Part shown: positions 26,003 through 34,730 of the stretch, one piece after another
Layout: the number at the start of each line of letters is the position of its first letter
Position numbering within the stretch: position 1 is the stretch's first letter
Virus record (IMG/VR): IMGVR_UViG_3300006108_000017
Coordinates: 1 to 56,213 of that record
Source of the DNA: a virus
Taxonomy: Duplodnaviria > Caudoviricetes
Length of the DNA: 56,213 bases
Strand: one strand, 5' to 3'
The notes under the pieces: generated by a model
The model's input: only the letters and a program-made list of their open reading frames with translations
The model's database searches: none
Told to the model about the DNA's origin: nothing
Translations under genes and position numbers: made by a program

Positions 26003-26577
26003 ATGATCTCCGTTGCGATAAGATGAAGTTGGAGTATGATGACCATCGCGTACGCAATGGCATGGGATTTTTTGAACGAGTAGCCATTCTCGTCCTTGGC
26101 ATACAAAGCTCTGCGGGTAGCTTCCCGCTGAGAGTTGTAAAGCTTGACGAGCTGCTTCTTTCCTGGACGGATGAGGGCAAGAACGTCGGCTAGTTCCTCA
26201 ATGTTCTTCGGCTTTACCGCCGAAAGAATGTCACCGTGGTTGGAAAGCTGGAAGAGCTTCTTCTGCTCAGAAGGAATGGTGAGAAGGCCCCAATCTGGTT
26301 CGATCTCCAGAAGCTGTTCGATCTCCTCGCGCGATTTGAAATGGTCGTAGACGCTGAGGTGCAGGAAGTCGATCTTGATGTAGCCCTCTTCCTCGGCCTG
26401 CTCGTAGGGGATTGCAGAAAGACCGGTGACCGGATCAACCGGAACAGTCTGGGGATAGATGCCGCAGGGATGGGGCGCGAGGTCACCGTTCTTCACGAGT
26501 GACGCCTTGGTCCAGGGGAACAGCTTTCGTGGGTTGAAGTCAGTTCGAAGATCGATGTCTACGTCAGGTAGCTTCAC
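25999..26577 (-). CDS. dnaE: Miniature DNA polymerase III alpha-like, catalytic (C-terminal) piece
   Basis: PDVDID, HPCGIY, KIDFLHL, LFQLS, LALIRPG and GYSFKKSHAIAYA, all DnaE motifs in order. Confidence 0.88.
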   Translation of the reverse strand: MKLPDVDIDLRTDFNPRKLFPWTKASLVKNGDLAPHPCGIYPQTVPVDPVTGLSAIPYEQAEEEGYIKIDFLHLSVYDHFKSREEIEQLLEIEPDWGLLTIPSEQKKLFQLSNHGDILSAVKPKNIEELADVLALIRPGKKQLVKLYNSQREATRRALYAKDENGYSFKKSHAIAYAMVIILQLHLIATEII

Positions 26578-27275
26578 AGACCAAGTTCCTTAACCAGCGA
26601 CTTGATCTGTTCGACGGTCGCTCTCTCCTTAGAGAACTTGCCGCCCCAGTAGGATGAGTTGACCACGGCATCGAAGGACTTGAGATGCTCCTTGTCGAGC
26701 TGCTTCAGGACCTTGCCGAAGGAAGCTGAACAGAACAGGAACCAAGGAGAAAGTCGGCGCTGACGGATCAAAGAGAGGATGCGCTGGACACCGAGGTGCT
26801 CGAAGATTTTGTCAAGCGGGACTTCTTCCTTCTCACAGATATCGAGAAGGTGGTTGATGCTGTCCTGGACCTGCTCAAGCGGGTCGTGAAGGCTGTCGAA
26901 CCACTGAGTGTAGAGCGTGTAAGCTCCGGGCGAACACCAAAGAGCCGGCTGAACTTCACCCTCGGTCATCAGCTCAAGGTACTTGTCTGGTCTAGAGATG
27001 TTGGCGTCCACGATCAACTTCGCAAAGTTGATGAACGCGCGGTAGAACTTGCTCTCGAGGAATGCAGCCGAGGATGGCTGGCTGAACTTCCTCATCCGCA
27101 TCCAGTCGCGGTAGAGAGCGAACGCGCTTTGCCCGAGCGGGCTCATCAGCTCTTCAGAGCGGCGCTTTGGTTCGCAGCTGTGGCGCATGTACAGCGTTTC
27201 GTTTGTGAACCGCTTGTTGCAGTGGGCACACAGCCAATGGCCTTTCTTCGAAGCGGAAATTACCGCTTCTTCCAT
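26574..27275 (-). CDS. Zinc-finger protein
   Basis: CAHC...H.C near the N-terminus; start uncertain; overlaps the start of the DnaE piece. Confidence 0.7.
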   Translation of the reverse strand: MEEAVISASKKGHWLCAHCNKRFTNETLYMRHSCEPKRRSEELMSPLGQSAFALYRDWMRMRKFSQPSSAAFLESKFYRAFINFAKLIVDANISRPDKYLELMTEGEVQPALWCSPGAYTLYTQWFDSLHDPLEQVQDSINHLLDICEKEEVPLDKIFEHLGVQRILSLIRQRRLSPWFLFCSASFGKVLKQLDKEHLKSFDAVVNSSYWGGKFSKERATVEQIKSLVKELGL

Positions 27276-27306
27276 AGGGATGCGTCGTGAAGCTATTTCC
27301 TCGGTG

Positions 27307-28044
27307 TTAAGAAGCTTCAGTTCGGTAGGCTCTGAGTTCTTCCGGGCCAACGACAATCTCCTCATCTTTCCAAATAAATCCGGGCTTCGTAGGTTCACCA
27401 TGCTCGCGGAACTGAGCGATGAACTCCCGGATTACGTGCTCGTCAATGTACTCTTTATTTACCGTTGCGAAGACGCCTATCGCTACAGGACCGTAATCCA
27501 CGAGCTGATAGCCTGGAGCTGTCTTCCATTCCTGAGACAGGAGTTCCTGCAAGCGGGCCTTTTCAAAGGCCCCGCGGGCTTTTTCTGTCTCGGTGCGCTC
27601 ACGGCGCAGCCACGATTCAAAGTCCTCGGGCTTGCGGTCAGGGTCGACCGGATATTCAACAAGCGCATCTTCCCAGCTCTGCTGCTCCGCAAGCCCGTAA
27701 ATCTTGTAGCGTGCCGTGGTCATGGCGACAGCGTAGTAGCGCTTCAGGCGGGTATGAAAGAAGCGGAAGTCGACCCAGTGCCAGGGGTGCTCTGGCTCGT
27801 AGAGGTGATCGCAGTAGAAGTCCCCACCGTACGCGCAGTCAGGGTACTTTCGCATGAGGTTCTTCGCCTTGATGTAGCGGAGCTTCCGCTGCTTGGCGTT
27901 CTTCTCGAAGCCCTTGTGGGCTCGCAGTCTATTCCCAGTCATCTCGAACTGTTCTCCATGATCATCCGGCCCGTTGTACGCAAGCGCCATCGCGAGCTGC
28001 TCAAAGGTCAGCGTCGCAATGAAGCCGGTCATCGGCTTTACCAC
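27307..28044 (-). CDS. Hypothetical protein
   Basis: 245 aa in operon. Confidence 0.7.
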   Translation of the reverse strand: MVKPMTGFIATLTFEQLAMALAYNGPDDHGEQFEMTGNRLRAHKGFEKNAKQRKLRYIKAKNLMRKYPDCAYGGDFYCDHLYEPEHPWHWVDFRFFHTRLKRYYAVAMTTARYKIYGLAEQQSWEDALVEYPVDPDRKPEDFESWLRRERTETEKARGAFEKARLQELLSQEWKTAPGYQLVDYGPVAIGVFATVNKEYIDEHVIREFIAQFREHGEPTKPGFIWKDEEIVVGPEELRAYRTEAS

Positions 28045-28391
28045 GTAACTTCGCCGAGGTCGTTGTTCTTGATGCGCTTTTCGGCTTCTTCACGCGATAG
28101 AACCCGTAGGTTTTCTTCACCCACCTGTTCTATCCAGCCTTGAAGAACGCTAGCAGTAAAGCCGGACATGCCCATCATTTCCCGATGGCAGCGATAGATG
28201 CTGCCGCTGTAGTTGGTGAAGTTAAGAAAGTCGCCGTCTTCCTCAACCTTCTCGATGCCAGAGCTCAACCGATAGCTGTCGCTACCAAGGTAGCCGCCGT
28301 ACCAACTTCCAAGAACCTTGGTCAGCGTGGTGTTTGCTTTTGGGAACCGCTGTTCGACGATGACCCACTTCTCCGGATTGTACTCGCTCAT
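28038..28391 (-). CDS. Hypothetical phage protein
   Basis: WYGGYLGSDSYRLSSGI; ATGA overlap. Confidence 0.75.
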   Translation of the reverse strand: MSEYNPEKWVIVEQRFPKANTTLTKVLGSWYGGYLGSDSYRLSSGIEKVEEDGDFLNFTNYSGSIYRCHREMMGMSGFTASVLQGWIEQVGEENLRVLSREEAEKRIKNNDLGEVTW

Positions 28392-28849
28392 GGCTTCAAC
28401 TCCTTACTCAGTTTCGTAATGTCGTCCTTTTGATACCCCAGCTCTTCAGCCATCTGAAGGATTTCATCAGCGGACGGGAATGGATTGAGGAGGCGTACCT
28501 CGCGCTGGGACATTTCGTAGAACTCACCGACGACCTTCATGGCCTCGGCATTCTTCTTAGAGCTCTTGATCCCGATCCACTGGTACCGCCGAGGCGACTT
28601 CGAGTTGGCCACCTGCAGAAGTTGCATGAGAAGATGGGGATGCTTACCTAGCGGGAAGACAACCGGATTGACAAACTCGTTGATCAACTGGATTTGCCGC
28701 TCATCACTCGTGCCAGACATCCACCGCATCACCACGAGAGGAGCGAAGCCCTTCTTTTCGTCATCGCTCAGCTTCGCATAGATGTCACCGCTCTTCGAGC
28801 TGTTCAGCTTTCCGAGGAGATCAAAAATGTCCAGCTTGTAGGTTGCCAT
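28388..28849 (-). CDS. Probable clamp-loader small subunit (gp62-like)
   Basis: Size and position after the gp44-like gene; FAPLVVMRWMS; functional call is an inference. Confidence 0.55.
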   Translation of the reverse strand: MATYKLDIFDLLGKLNSSKSGDIYAKLSDDEKKGFAPLVVMRWMSGTSDERQIQLINEFVNPVVFPLGKHPHLLMQLLQVANSKSPRRYQWIGIKSSKKNAEAMKVVGEFYEMSQREVRLLNPFPSADEILQMAEELGYQKDDITKLSKELKP

Positions 28850-28881
28850 TAGAGCTTGCCTATAAATATTGCTGCTAAATT
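28849..28881 (-). pseudogene. Relic duplicate of the clamp-loader 3' end
   Basis: Encodes NLAAIFIGKL* versus live NLAALMISLSKL*; its TAA overlaps the next ATG. Confidence 0.6.
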
Positions 28882-28897
28882 AGATGAGGTATTTATA
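28861..28897. promoter_or_regulatory. Face-to-face late promoters
   Basis: TATAAATA on + at 28861..28868 and on - at 28890..28897. Confidence 0.7.
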
Positions 28898-29523
28898 TGG
28901 ACTATCGTAGGGTGTATTTCAGCATAATTGACAATGCGCGGTCTAGAGGGGATGTTAGAGCTTCTAAAAGATCCAAACTTGAAGGATATGAAAAACACCA
29001 CATTCTTCCAAGATGTGCAGGAGGAACCAATGATCCTAGCAATCTTGTTTTCCTGACTACGCGGGAGCATTTTATCTGTCATGCCCTTCTTGTAAAGTTC
29101 TGCGAACCTCAACATCTCAAGTCACTCCAATACGCGTTAGGGATGATGCGCTCGCGAGGGAAAGTAGTTTCTTCAAGGCTTTATGAATTTGCTTGCAATC
29201 AACATAGACAGGCAATAACAAGTGCAAGAATTGGATCGAGACATTCAGAAGAAACAAAGCTAAAGATTTCTCTTGCGCACAGGGGAAGGAAGCGAAGCAA
29301 AGAGCACTGTGAAAATACTCGCCTTTCGCAGCTAGGAAAAACCCTTTCACCTGATCATAGAAAAAAACTCGGCGATGCCACTCGCGGACGCTCAATTTCC
29401 TACACCCTTACAGAAAAGCAGTTGGCACCAAAGCCCTCTATTACATGTCCGCACTGTGGAAAAATAGGTGGGAAAGGCGCCATGAACAGATGGCACTTTA
29501 ACAATTGTCCTTCTAGAGCTTAG
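28897..29523 (+). mobile_element. Free-standing HNH (Mob-like) homing endonuclease
   Basis: YEKHHILPRC.GG.N...NLVFLT.REHFICH; NUMOD3-like HSEETKLKIS; C-terminal CPHC..RWHFNNC. Confidence 0.9.
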
Positions 29524-30424
29524 AAAGCGAAATCATTAGGGCCGCCAAATTTATCTCAGTGTCAGCCACGATCGTGTGCTTGTAGAGAAAGTCAGCGATC
29601 GTAAGGATTGCGGACTCCTTGTCACTGATCTTCATCTTGTCAATGTTCTCATAGAGGAAGCGGAAGACGTCTTCGTGCTCCTCGCGAGTTGCAGTTTCGC
29701 AGACGAGCTTGCGCGCGGTCTTAAAGTCACCCGTGGAGATGGCATCCAGAAGACCAAACTTCCAGTCAGATGCGTCGCTCGACGCTTCCTTTGGACTCAG
29801 CAGCTTTCCACCGGAAACGTTCTGCTGTAGAAGCTGGATGGTCTTGCGGATATCAGGATATCCAACATCGATGTAGGTGAGGAGGTCCATCGCATCGTAC
29901 TCGACCTTTTCGGTCTCGAGGATGTCGACCATGCGAAGGGCGATCTTCTCCTTGTCGGGAGAGCGGAAGTAGAACTCTTGGAAGCGCGACTTCAGCGGAG
30001 GAATGATCTTGTTGACGTAGTTGCACGTCGCGATGAAGCGGCAGTTGGAGGAACTTTCCTCGATCAAGCTGCGAAGAAGGGCCTGGCCATCGAGCGAAAG
30101 ATAGTCGAACTCCTCGAGCTGGACGACCTTGAACTTGCCCATCGGCATGGTCATCGCAAAGGCGGACACCTTGTTTCGAAGTGCTTCGATCTTCTCATCT
30201 GAGCAGTTCACTCGAAGACGATCGGATCGGTCGATGCCAAGATCGCTGATGAGAGCCTTCGAGATGGTGGTCTTGCCAGTACCTTGAATGCCCGACAGAA
30301 GCAGATGCGGGATGTTGCCTTCTTCAACGAAGGACTCAAATGTCTTCTGCTGTCGCGCGTCTTGGAAGATGACGTCCTTGATGGTCTTCGGACGATAGCG
30401 CTCAACCCAAATAGATGACTTCAT
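29513..30424 (-). CDS. Clamp loader AAA+ subunit (RFC / T4 gp44-like)
   Basis: WVERYRP, GIQGTGKT, LEEFD, FIATCN and LKSRF. Confidence 0.93.
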   Translation of the reverse strand: MKSSIWVERYRPKTIKDVIFQDARQQKTFESFVEEGNIPHLLLSGIQGTGKTTISKALISDLGIDRSDRLRVNCSDEKIEALRNKVSAFAMTMPMGKFKVVQLEEFDYLSLDGQALLRSLIEESSSNCRFIATCNYVNKIIPPLKSRFQEFYFRSPDKEKIALRMVDILETEKVEYDAMDLLTYIDVGYPDIRKTIQLLQQNVSGGKLLSPKEASSDASDWKFGLLDAISTGDFKTARKLVCETATREEHEDVFRFLYENIDKMKISDKESAILTIADFLYKHTIVADTEINLAALMISLSKL

Positions 30425-30462
30425 TATGTACCCTTAAAATGGACATCCCTCGTACGTGACTT

Positions 30463-30492
30463 ATTTTAACACGCTTTCAAGGGGAAGTAAAC
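30463..30492 (-). promoter_or_regulatory. Early promoter
   Basis: GTTTAC...TAAAAT. Confidence 0.7.
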
Positions 30493-30497
30493 TGTCT

Positions 30498-31835
30498 TTA
30501 ACGACGTTGGATAGGAGGAGCCGTCTCGTCGTCGATGCCGTTGTAGACATCTCTCAGAGAGGAAAGGCTGGCTCTGCGCTCCTCATCCGTCTCTACGTCC
30601 GCGTTACCGCGAATGTCTTCTAGCTGAGAGCGGACCTTAGGAAGAAGCTGGTCCTTGGTGATGACCTCACGCTCCTCGAACTCATTTGGAAGAGCTGGAC
30701 GAACGGCGTTGATAACCGTTGGTGCAGGGTCTTCTACGCGTTCACGACCGAGATGCGCATGGAGCTGGTCCTCGGTGAGATGATCGAGCGCTTCAGAAGG
30801 ATGATCATGTGCTGTGGCGTTTGCAACAGTCCCGCGAGCAACCAGATCATCGTCAGTAAGGTGATCGACTTGGTCTACAAGACCCTCTGGCGCCTTCTGC
30901 CGACCAAGAACCACATGAAGGCTGTCATCATCAACATCCTGCATGACATCTGGTTCAGCCGGAGCAACTTCTACTGGCTGCTCCCATACGTCAGGGTAGT
31001 GCTGGTCGGGATCAACACCCTCTAGAAGTTCAGCCAGCGTTGGCTTTACCGAGACATTCGATACATCAACTCGGACCTCGTCGGCAGGTGCGGGAGCTGC
31101 CAACTCTGACGTGGGCTCGCTGGGAAACGTGGCGCCTCCCTGCTTGGCGAGCTTCTCGTCTTCGATCTGCTTTAGCAAGAAGTTCCCCGCGAGAAGCAGC
31201 GCGATTGCCAGCGGGTCAAACACGAAGATGATGGTGAAGATGACCCACTTTACCGCGTGTTCTGGATCGGTGTTGAAGGCCTGTGCGACGTAGATGATAG
31301 GACCAACGTCGGTGTTCTTCTGGATGCTGGCGACCTTCAGCTTTGGCAGCTGCTGATCAATCTCAGCGAGTCGAGCGTTGATGCGACCAACTTCAGGCGC
31401 GTAGGAGTTCATCAGCTTCGTGCGCCCACGGACAGAGTTGGTCGGCAGCTTTGCAATCTGGCTGTCGATTTCCTGCTTACGCGCTTGAAGGCGGGTTTGT
31501 TCCTGCGTCATGGACGTTAGAACGACGTTGTCAGAGTTTGTTCCAGCGATGGCGTGTTGGAACTGTCCAGAGAGATAGCCAAAACACCCAGCAGACGTGA
31601 TGATCATCAGCACAACCGCGGCGATCGTCATGTAGACGCGCATTGCCAGATTGATTTTCTGCCAGTACTTGTAGAGGAAGGAAACTGTAACGACCTTTCC
31701 GAGGTCGAGAGCCATTGCAAGAATGATGATCACCGGGTTCGCAGCGAACAGCGCGGACAGACCAACTACCGAAACAAACGTGCCAATGCCCTCAATAAGG
31801 AAGGCCGACAGTAGGACGAGAAGTGCAAAAGGCAT
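30498..31835 (-). CDS. Multi-TM coiled-coil protein with acidic tail
   Basis: Three TM, a coiled coil, TM IIFVFDPLAIALL, then an acidic C-terminus. Confidence 0.8.
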   Translation of the reverse strand: MPFALLVLLSAFLIEGIGTFVSVVGLSALFAANPVIIILAMALDLGKVVTVSFLYKYWQKINLAMRVYMTIAAVVLMIITSAGCFGYLSGQFQHAIAGTNSDNVVLTSMTQEQTRLQARKQEIDSQIAKLPTNSVRGRTKLMNSYAPEVGRINARLAEIDQQLPKLKVASIQKNTDVGPIIYVAQAFNTDPEHAVKWVIFTIIFVFDPLAIALLLAGNFLLKQIEDEKLAKQGGATFPSEPTSELAAPAPADEVRVDVSNVSVKPTLAELLEGVDPDQHYPDVWEQPVEVAPAEPDVMQDVDDDSLHVVLGRQKAPEGLVDQVDHLTDDDLVARGTVANATAHDHPSEALDHLTEDQLHAHLGRERVEDPAPTVINAVRPALPNEFEEREVITKDQLLPKVRSQLEDIRGNADVETDEERRASLSSLRDVYNGIDDETAPPIQRR

Positions 31836-31848
31836 CAATAGTTCCTGT

Positions 31849-32181
31849 TTAGAATGCTGGTTTTACGGCGTAGTCGTAAGCCATGCTCTCGTCACCAATG
31901 CCGAGAACCCACTGGTCATCTGATTTCCAGATGACAACTTCGTCGTGTTTGAAACCGGTGGTCCACTTGCCTGGGGCAATGAGGACGACGTCACCTGGAC
32001 CGAAGTCTTTCACTTCGTTTCCGACCGCTAGGACCTTTGCCCATCGGCCCAGATCACCCTGTCTGCCGAGCTCTGGGGTGACAATGATGATGTTTCCCTT
32101 GTTCTTACTGACGAAAGCTCCATCGCGGGTTTCGTTCAGGAAAGTGAACAAGAAGGTGTTGCGCAGCGGTCTTAGCGCCAT
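31849..32181 (-). CDS. groES: Co-chaperonin GroES-like
   Basis: LRPLRN, GNIII and KVLAVGNEV..GDVVL. Confidence 0.82.
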   Translation of the reverse strand: MALRPLRNTFLFTFLNETRDGAFVSKNKGNIIIVTPELGRQGDLGRWAKVLAVGNEVKDFGPGDVVLIAPGKWTTGFKHDEVVIWKSDDQWVLGIGDESMAYDYAVKPAF

Positions 32182-32205
32182 TAGATTTCTCCTGAAAGGT
32201 AGGAC

Positions 32206-32487
32206 TTATTCAGCGTTCTTGATGAGGGCTTCTGCAGATTCCTGCAGCGCGGCCTTCGCGATATCAAGTGGGGAAGAAGTGTCGGCAGGAGCGGCCGGTG
32301 CTGCTTGCACGGGTGCCGCTGGAGAGACGATGAAGTTCTCTCTCGTCTTGATGCCGTCCTTCTCGTCGATGAACTTACGGCGTGCATTGACGCCAACTGG
32401 AACTGGAGTAGTTGCGAGCTGCTGCTTGATGGCCAGCAGATCAAAATCTACGATTTCGCCACGTGCTGAACGTGCTTTCTTCGCCAT
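32206..32487 (-). CDS. Hypothetical protein
   Basis: RSARGEIVDFDLL; GGAGA RBS. Confidence 0.7.
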   Translation of the reverse strand: MAKKARSARGEIVDFDLLAIKQQLATTPVPVGVNARRKFIDEKDGIKTRENFIVSPAAPVQAAPAAPADTSSPLDIAKAALQESAEALIKNAE

Positions 32488-32515
32488 TAGGAGTCTCTCC
32501 GGAAAAGGTCTGTAC

Positions 32516-32549
32516 GATAAATATATGAATCGTTCTGCATATATTTATA
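32516..32549. promoter_or_regulatory. Face-to-face late promoters within an 11-bp inverted repeat
   Basis: GATAAATA (+) and TATAAATA (-); ATAAATATATG/CATATATTTAT. Confidence 0.7.
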
Positions 32550-32561
32550 TTGGGTCCGGCC

Positions 32562-32936
32562 ATGATAGACATCCCATATTATCCTGGGTACAAACTAACA
32601 GAAGATTTTCAGGTTATCGGAAAGAAAGGATTTCCTCTGTCTTTTTCGGGTAGTCCTTATCAGCTCTGCAACGTTTTCGTAAATGGCAAATCATCTATCC
32701 TGTACAAACACCGGGCCATCGCTCTTGTGCATGTTCCTGGATATTTTGAAGGCGCAGAGGTTGATCACAAAGATCGTGATCCTACTAACAACCATCCGTC
32801 AAATCTCAGGTGGGTTACTCCAGCTGAAAATGCGCAGAACATCAGCCTCGAGCACGTTGAAGAACAGATACGCCTAACTAAAATGCGTCTAGCTAAACTA
32901 GAACGTCAGCGAAAGATGATATTGACTCTGCGTTAA
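32562..32936 (+). mobile_element. Free-standing HNH endonuclease (I-HmuI / NUMOD4-like)
   Basis: HRAIA, VDHKDRDPTNNHPSNLRWVTPAEN. Confidence 0.88.
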
Positions 32937-33460
32937 TCGTGGAAGAACTCTGTCATATCGATGTTGAATTTCACTGGATCGACCTTGTGAAGCCCGATAA
33001 GATAGAGAACCAGTGAGGCGCATGACGATCCTCTTCCAACTCCCCAAACCGTTTTCGTGCTCTTCAGGGTTTCTACCACGTAGATCAGCGTCCTGAAGAA
33101 CTTGTCCATGTTCATCTTCTTGATCATGGCAAGCTCATTGTCGGTTCGGCGCGCGTAGATTTCCAACTTGTCTTCTGGAAGGTTGAGAGCCAGAAGTTTC
33201 TCACCGACATATTCTGCCAGATCGATCTTCAGGTATTTCTCAGGCACCTGCCAATCCTTCAGGAAGGGATCATTGCCGGTTTTCGTGTTGGCGATGGGCT
33301 CTTCTGAAAGGGCGTTGAACTGCAGAATGTCGTCATTATTGTCAGTAACGACGATCTTCTCGATCGGAACTTCCATGAGCAGCAGGTCTGGGACCAGCTC
33401 GGGGGATACCTGACTGGTCCCATCGAACCAAAGCGTTCTGTTTTTCAGTTCGGTTTTCAT
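32933..33460 (-). CDS. dnaE: Miniature DNA polymerase III alpha-like, N-terminal piece
   Basis: WGVGRGSSCASLVLYLIGLHKVDPVKFNI..EFF matches DnaE GxGRGSxxxSLVxYxLGITxxDP. Confidence 0.88.
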   Translation of the reverse strand: MKTELKNRTLWFDGTSQVSPELVPDLLLMEVPIEKIVVTDNNDDILQFNALSEEPIANTKTGNDPFLKDWQVPEKYLKIDLAEYVGEKLLALNLPEDKLEIYARRTDNELAMIKKMNMDKFFRTLIYVVETLKSTKTVWGVGRGSSCASLVLYLIGLHKVDPVKFNIDMTEFFHD

Positions 33461-33478
33461 GCTGCTATTAAGCTCGGT

Positions 33479-34117
33479 TTACTTCAGACCGTTGTGGACA
33501 ATCCGCTTCGTGATGCCGCTGAAAAGGAAGTCGAACACGTAGGCGACCCACTTCCCAAACTTCTTGATCACGTCGACCAAAAGGAAGTTTGCGATCACGA
33601 ACGGCCAGGTGAAGGTCCATGCGGAGATTCGACCGACGTTCTTGATGGCGCGAGGAGCGATCGCGTCTGCGATTTCCTGGATGCTGCTGACATCAGACTC
33701 AGGATAGAAGCTGTTTCCACCGCCCCTTCTGAGAATGGGATTGTCAAACGATTCATGACGAATCTTTTCAGCCAGCTTCTTGAGGTCTTCGGTGCTGCTG
33801 GGATTGAAGTTCTTTCCCATGCTGGCCTTGACCACAGACAGTGCGTTAGAGAAGCGCACATTGAACTGGAGCCACTTCAAGAACGCGACACCCACGCCAA
33901 GAGCGATGTAGATGGGGACGTCCTTTAGTAGGAGCGTTGACCAGCCAATAGCCTTGACCCATGCCTGAACATCATGGATAAAGAAGAAGCCGGCGGCGAG
34001 CGAGAAGAACATACCCGCGCAACTAGCACCGAGCTGGTCATACTCGACGAGGAAGACCTCGATCACTGTCACAACGGACAGTAGGATCATGAGGACAAAG
34101 AAAGGTAGGATGAACAT
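33479..34117 (-). CDS. Membrane protein
   Basis: Several hydrophobic helices; AAGGAG RBS. Confidence 0.75.
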   Translation of the reverse strand: MFILPFFVLMILLSVVTVIEVFLVEYDQLGASCAGMFFSLAAGFFFIHDVQAWVKAIGWSTLLLKDVPIYIALGVGVAFLKWLQFNVRFSNALSVVKASMGKNFNPSSTEDLKKLAEKIRHESFDNPILRRGGGNSFYPESDVSSIQEIADAIAPRAIKNVGRISAWTFTWPFVIANFLLVDVIKKFGKWVAYVFDFLFSGITKRIVHNGLK

Positions 34118-34126
34118 TGGGTCTCC

Positions 34127-34726
34127 TTACAGGAAAATGGTGCCCGTGCCCCACATGGTGGTGACAACAAACACGACGCCTACCATGAGAAGGCGAATGG
34201 CAGTGGCTTCACCCTCTTCATTGAAGCTGGTCCGAACTCGACGCTGCCAGGCTCCCCAAAGGAAGGGCTTGTACTCGTACGTCGTGTCCTTGTTGTAGAA
34301 GCGCGCGAAGGCCAGAAGGTACAGGGACATGGTCCATCCCATCAGAAGGATCAACGACCCAAAGATGAGGTGCATGGCCTGAGTGCCGATGACCTTAAAC
34401 ACGACCACGGCAACCGTGATCTTTCCCAGCGGGGTCTGGGCGAACTCGTTAGCGGCGACGCCAACTTCCTTAGCAGCAGAAACTACCGCCTTCCCCATGT
34501 TGGAACCCAGATCACCCCAGGCTTCTGCTTCCTTGCGGACATTTTCAGAAACCTTCGCAGGATCGCTGGCGCCAGACTTGAGCTTCGCGACTTGAAGCTG
34601 CAGTTCGGCCTTCTGTTCGGCGGTCAGGCCGGACGTCTCGACATAGTTGCTTTCTTCTGCCATAGCAGCGGTCGAAAACGAAACGACCATCAGGGCCGCA
34701 ACGAGACCCTTCATAAAGTTCTTCAT
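34127..34726 (-). CDS. Membrane protein with signal peptide
   Basis: MKNFMKGLVAALMVVSFSTAAMA plus TM segments. Confidence 0.75.
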   Translation of the reverse strand: MKNFMKGLVAALMVVSFSTAAMAEESNYVETSGLTAEQKAELQLQVAKLKSGASDPAKVSENVRKEAEAWGDLGSNMGKAVVSAAKEVGVAANEFAQTPLGKITVAVVVFKVIGTQAMHLIFGSLILLMGWTMSLYLLAFARFYNKDTTYEYKPFLWGAWQRRVRTSFNEEGEATAIRLLMVGVVFVVTTMWGTGTIFL

Positions 34727-34730
34727 CGTG

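Noticed and set aside
32524-32541. Third copy of the AACGA leader motif
   Set aside because: AACGA is present on the minus strand but inside the promoter inverted repeat, without the tight stem or SD hairpin; probably chance
25999-33460. Split-intein trans-splicing of the DnaE pieces, as in cyanobacterial DnaE
   Set aside because: No intein N-terminal block after the first piece and no His-Asn/Cys junction before PDVDID
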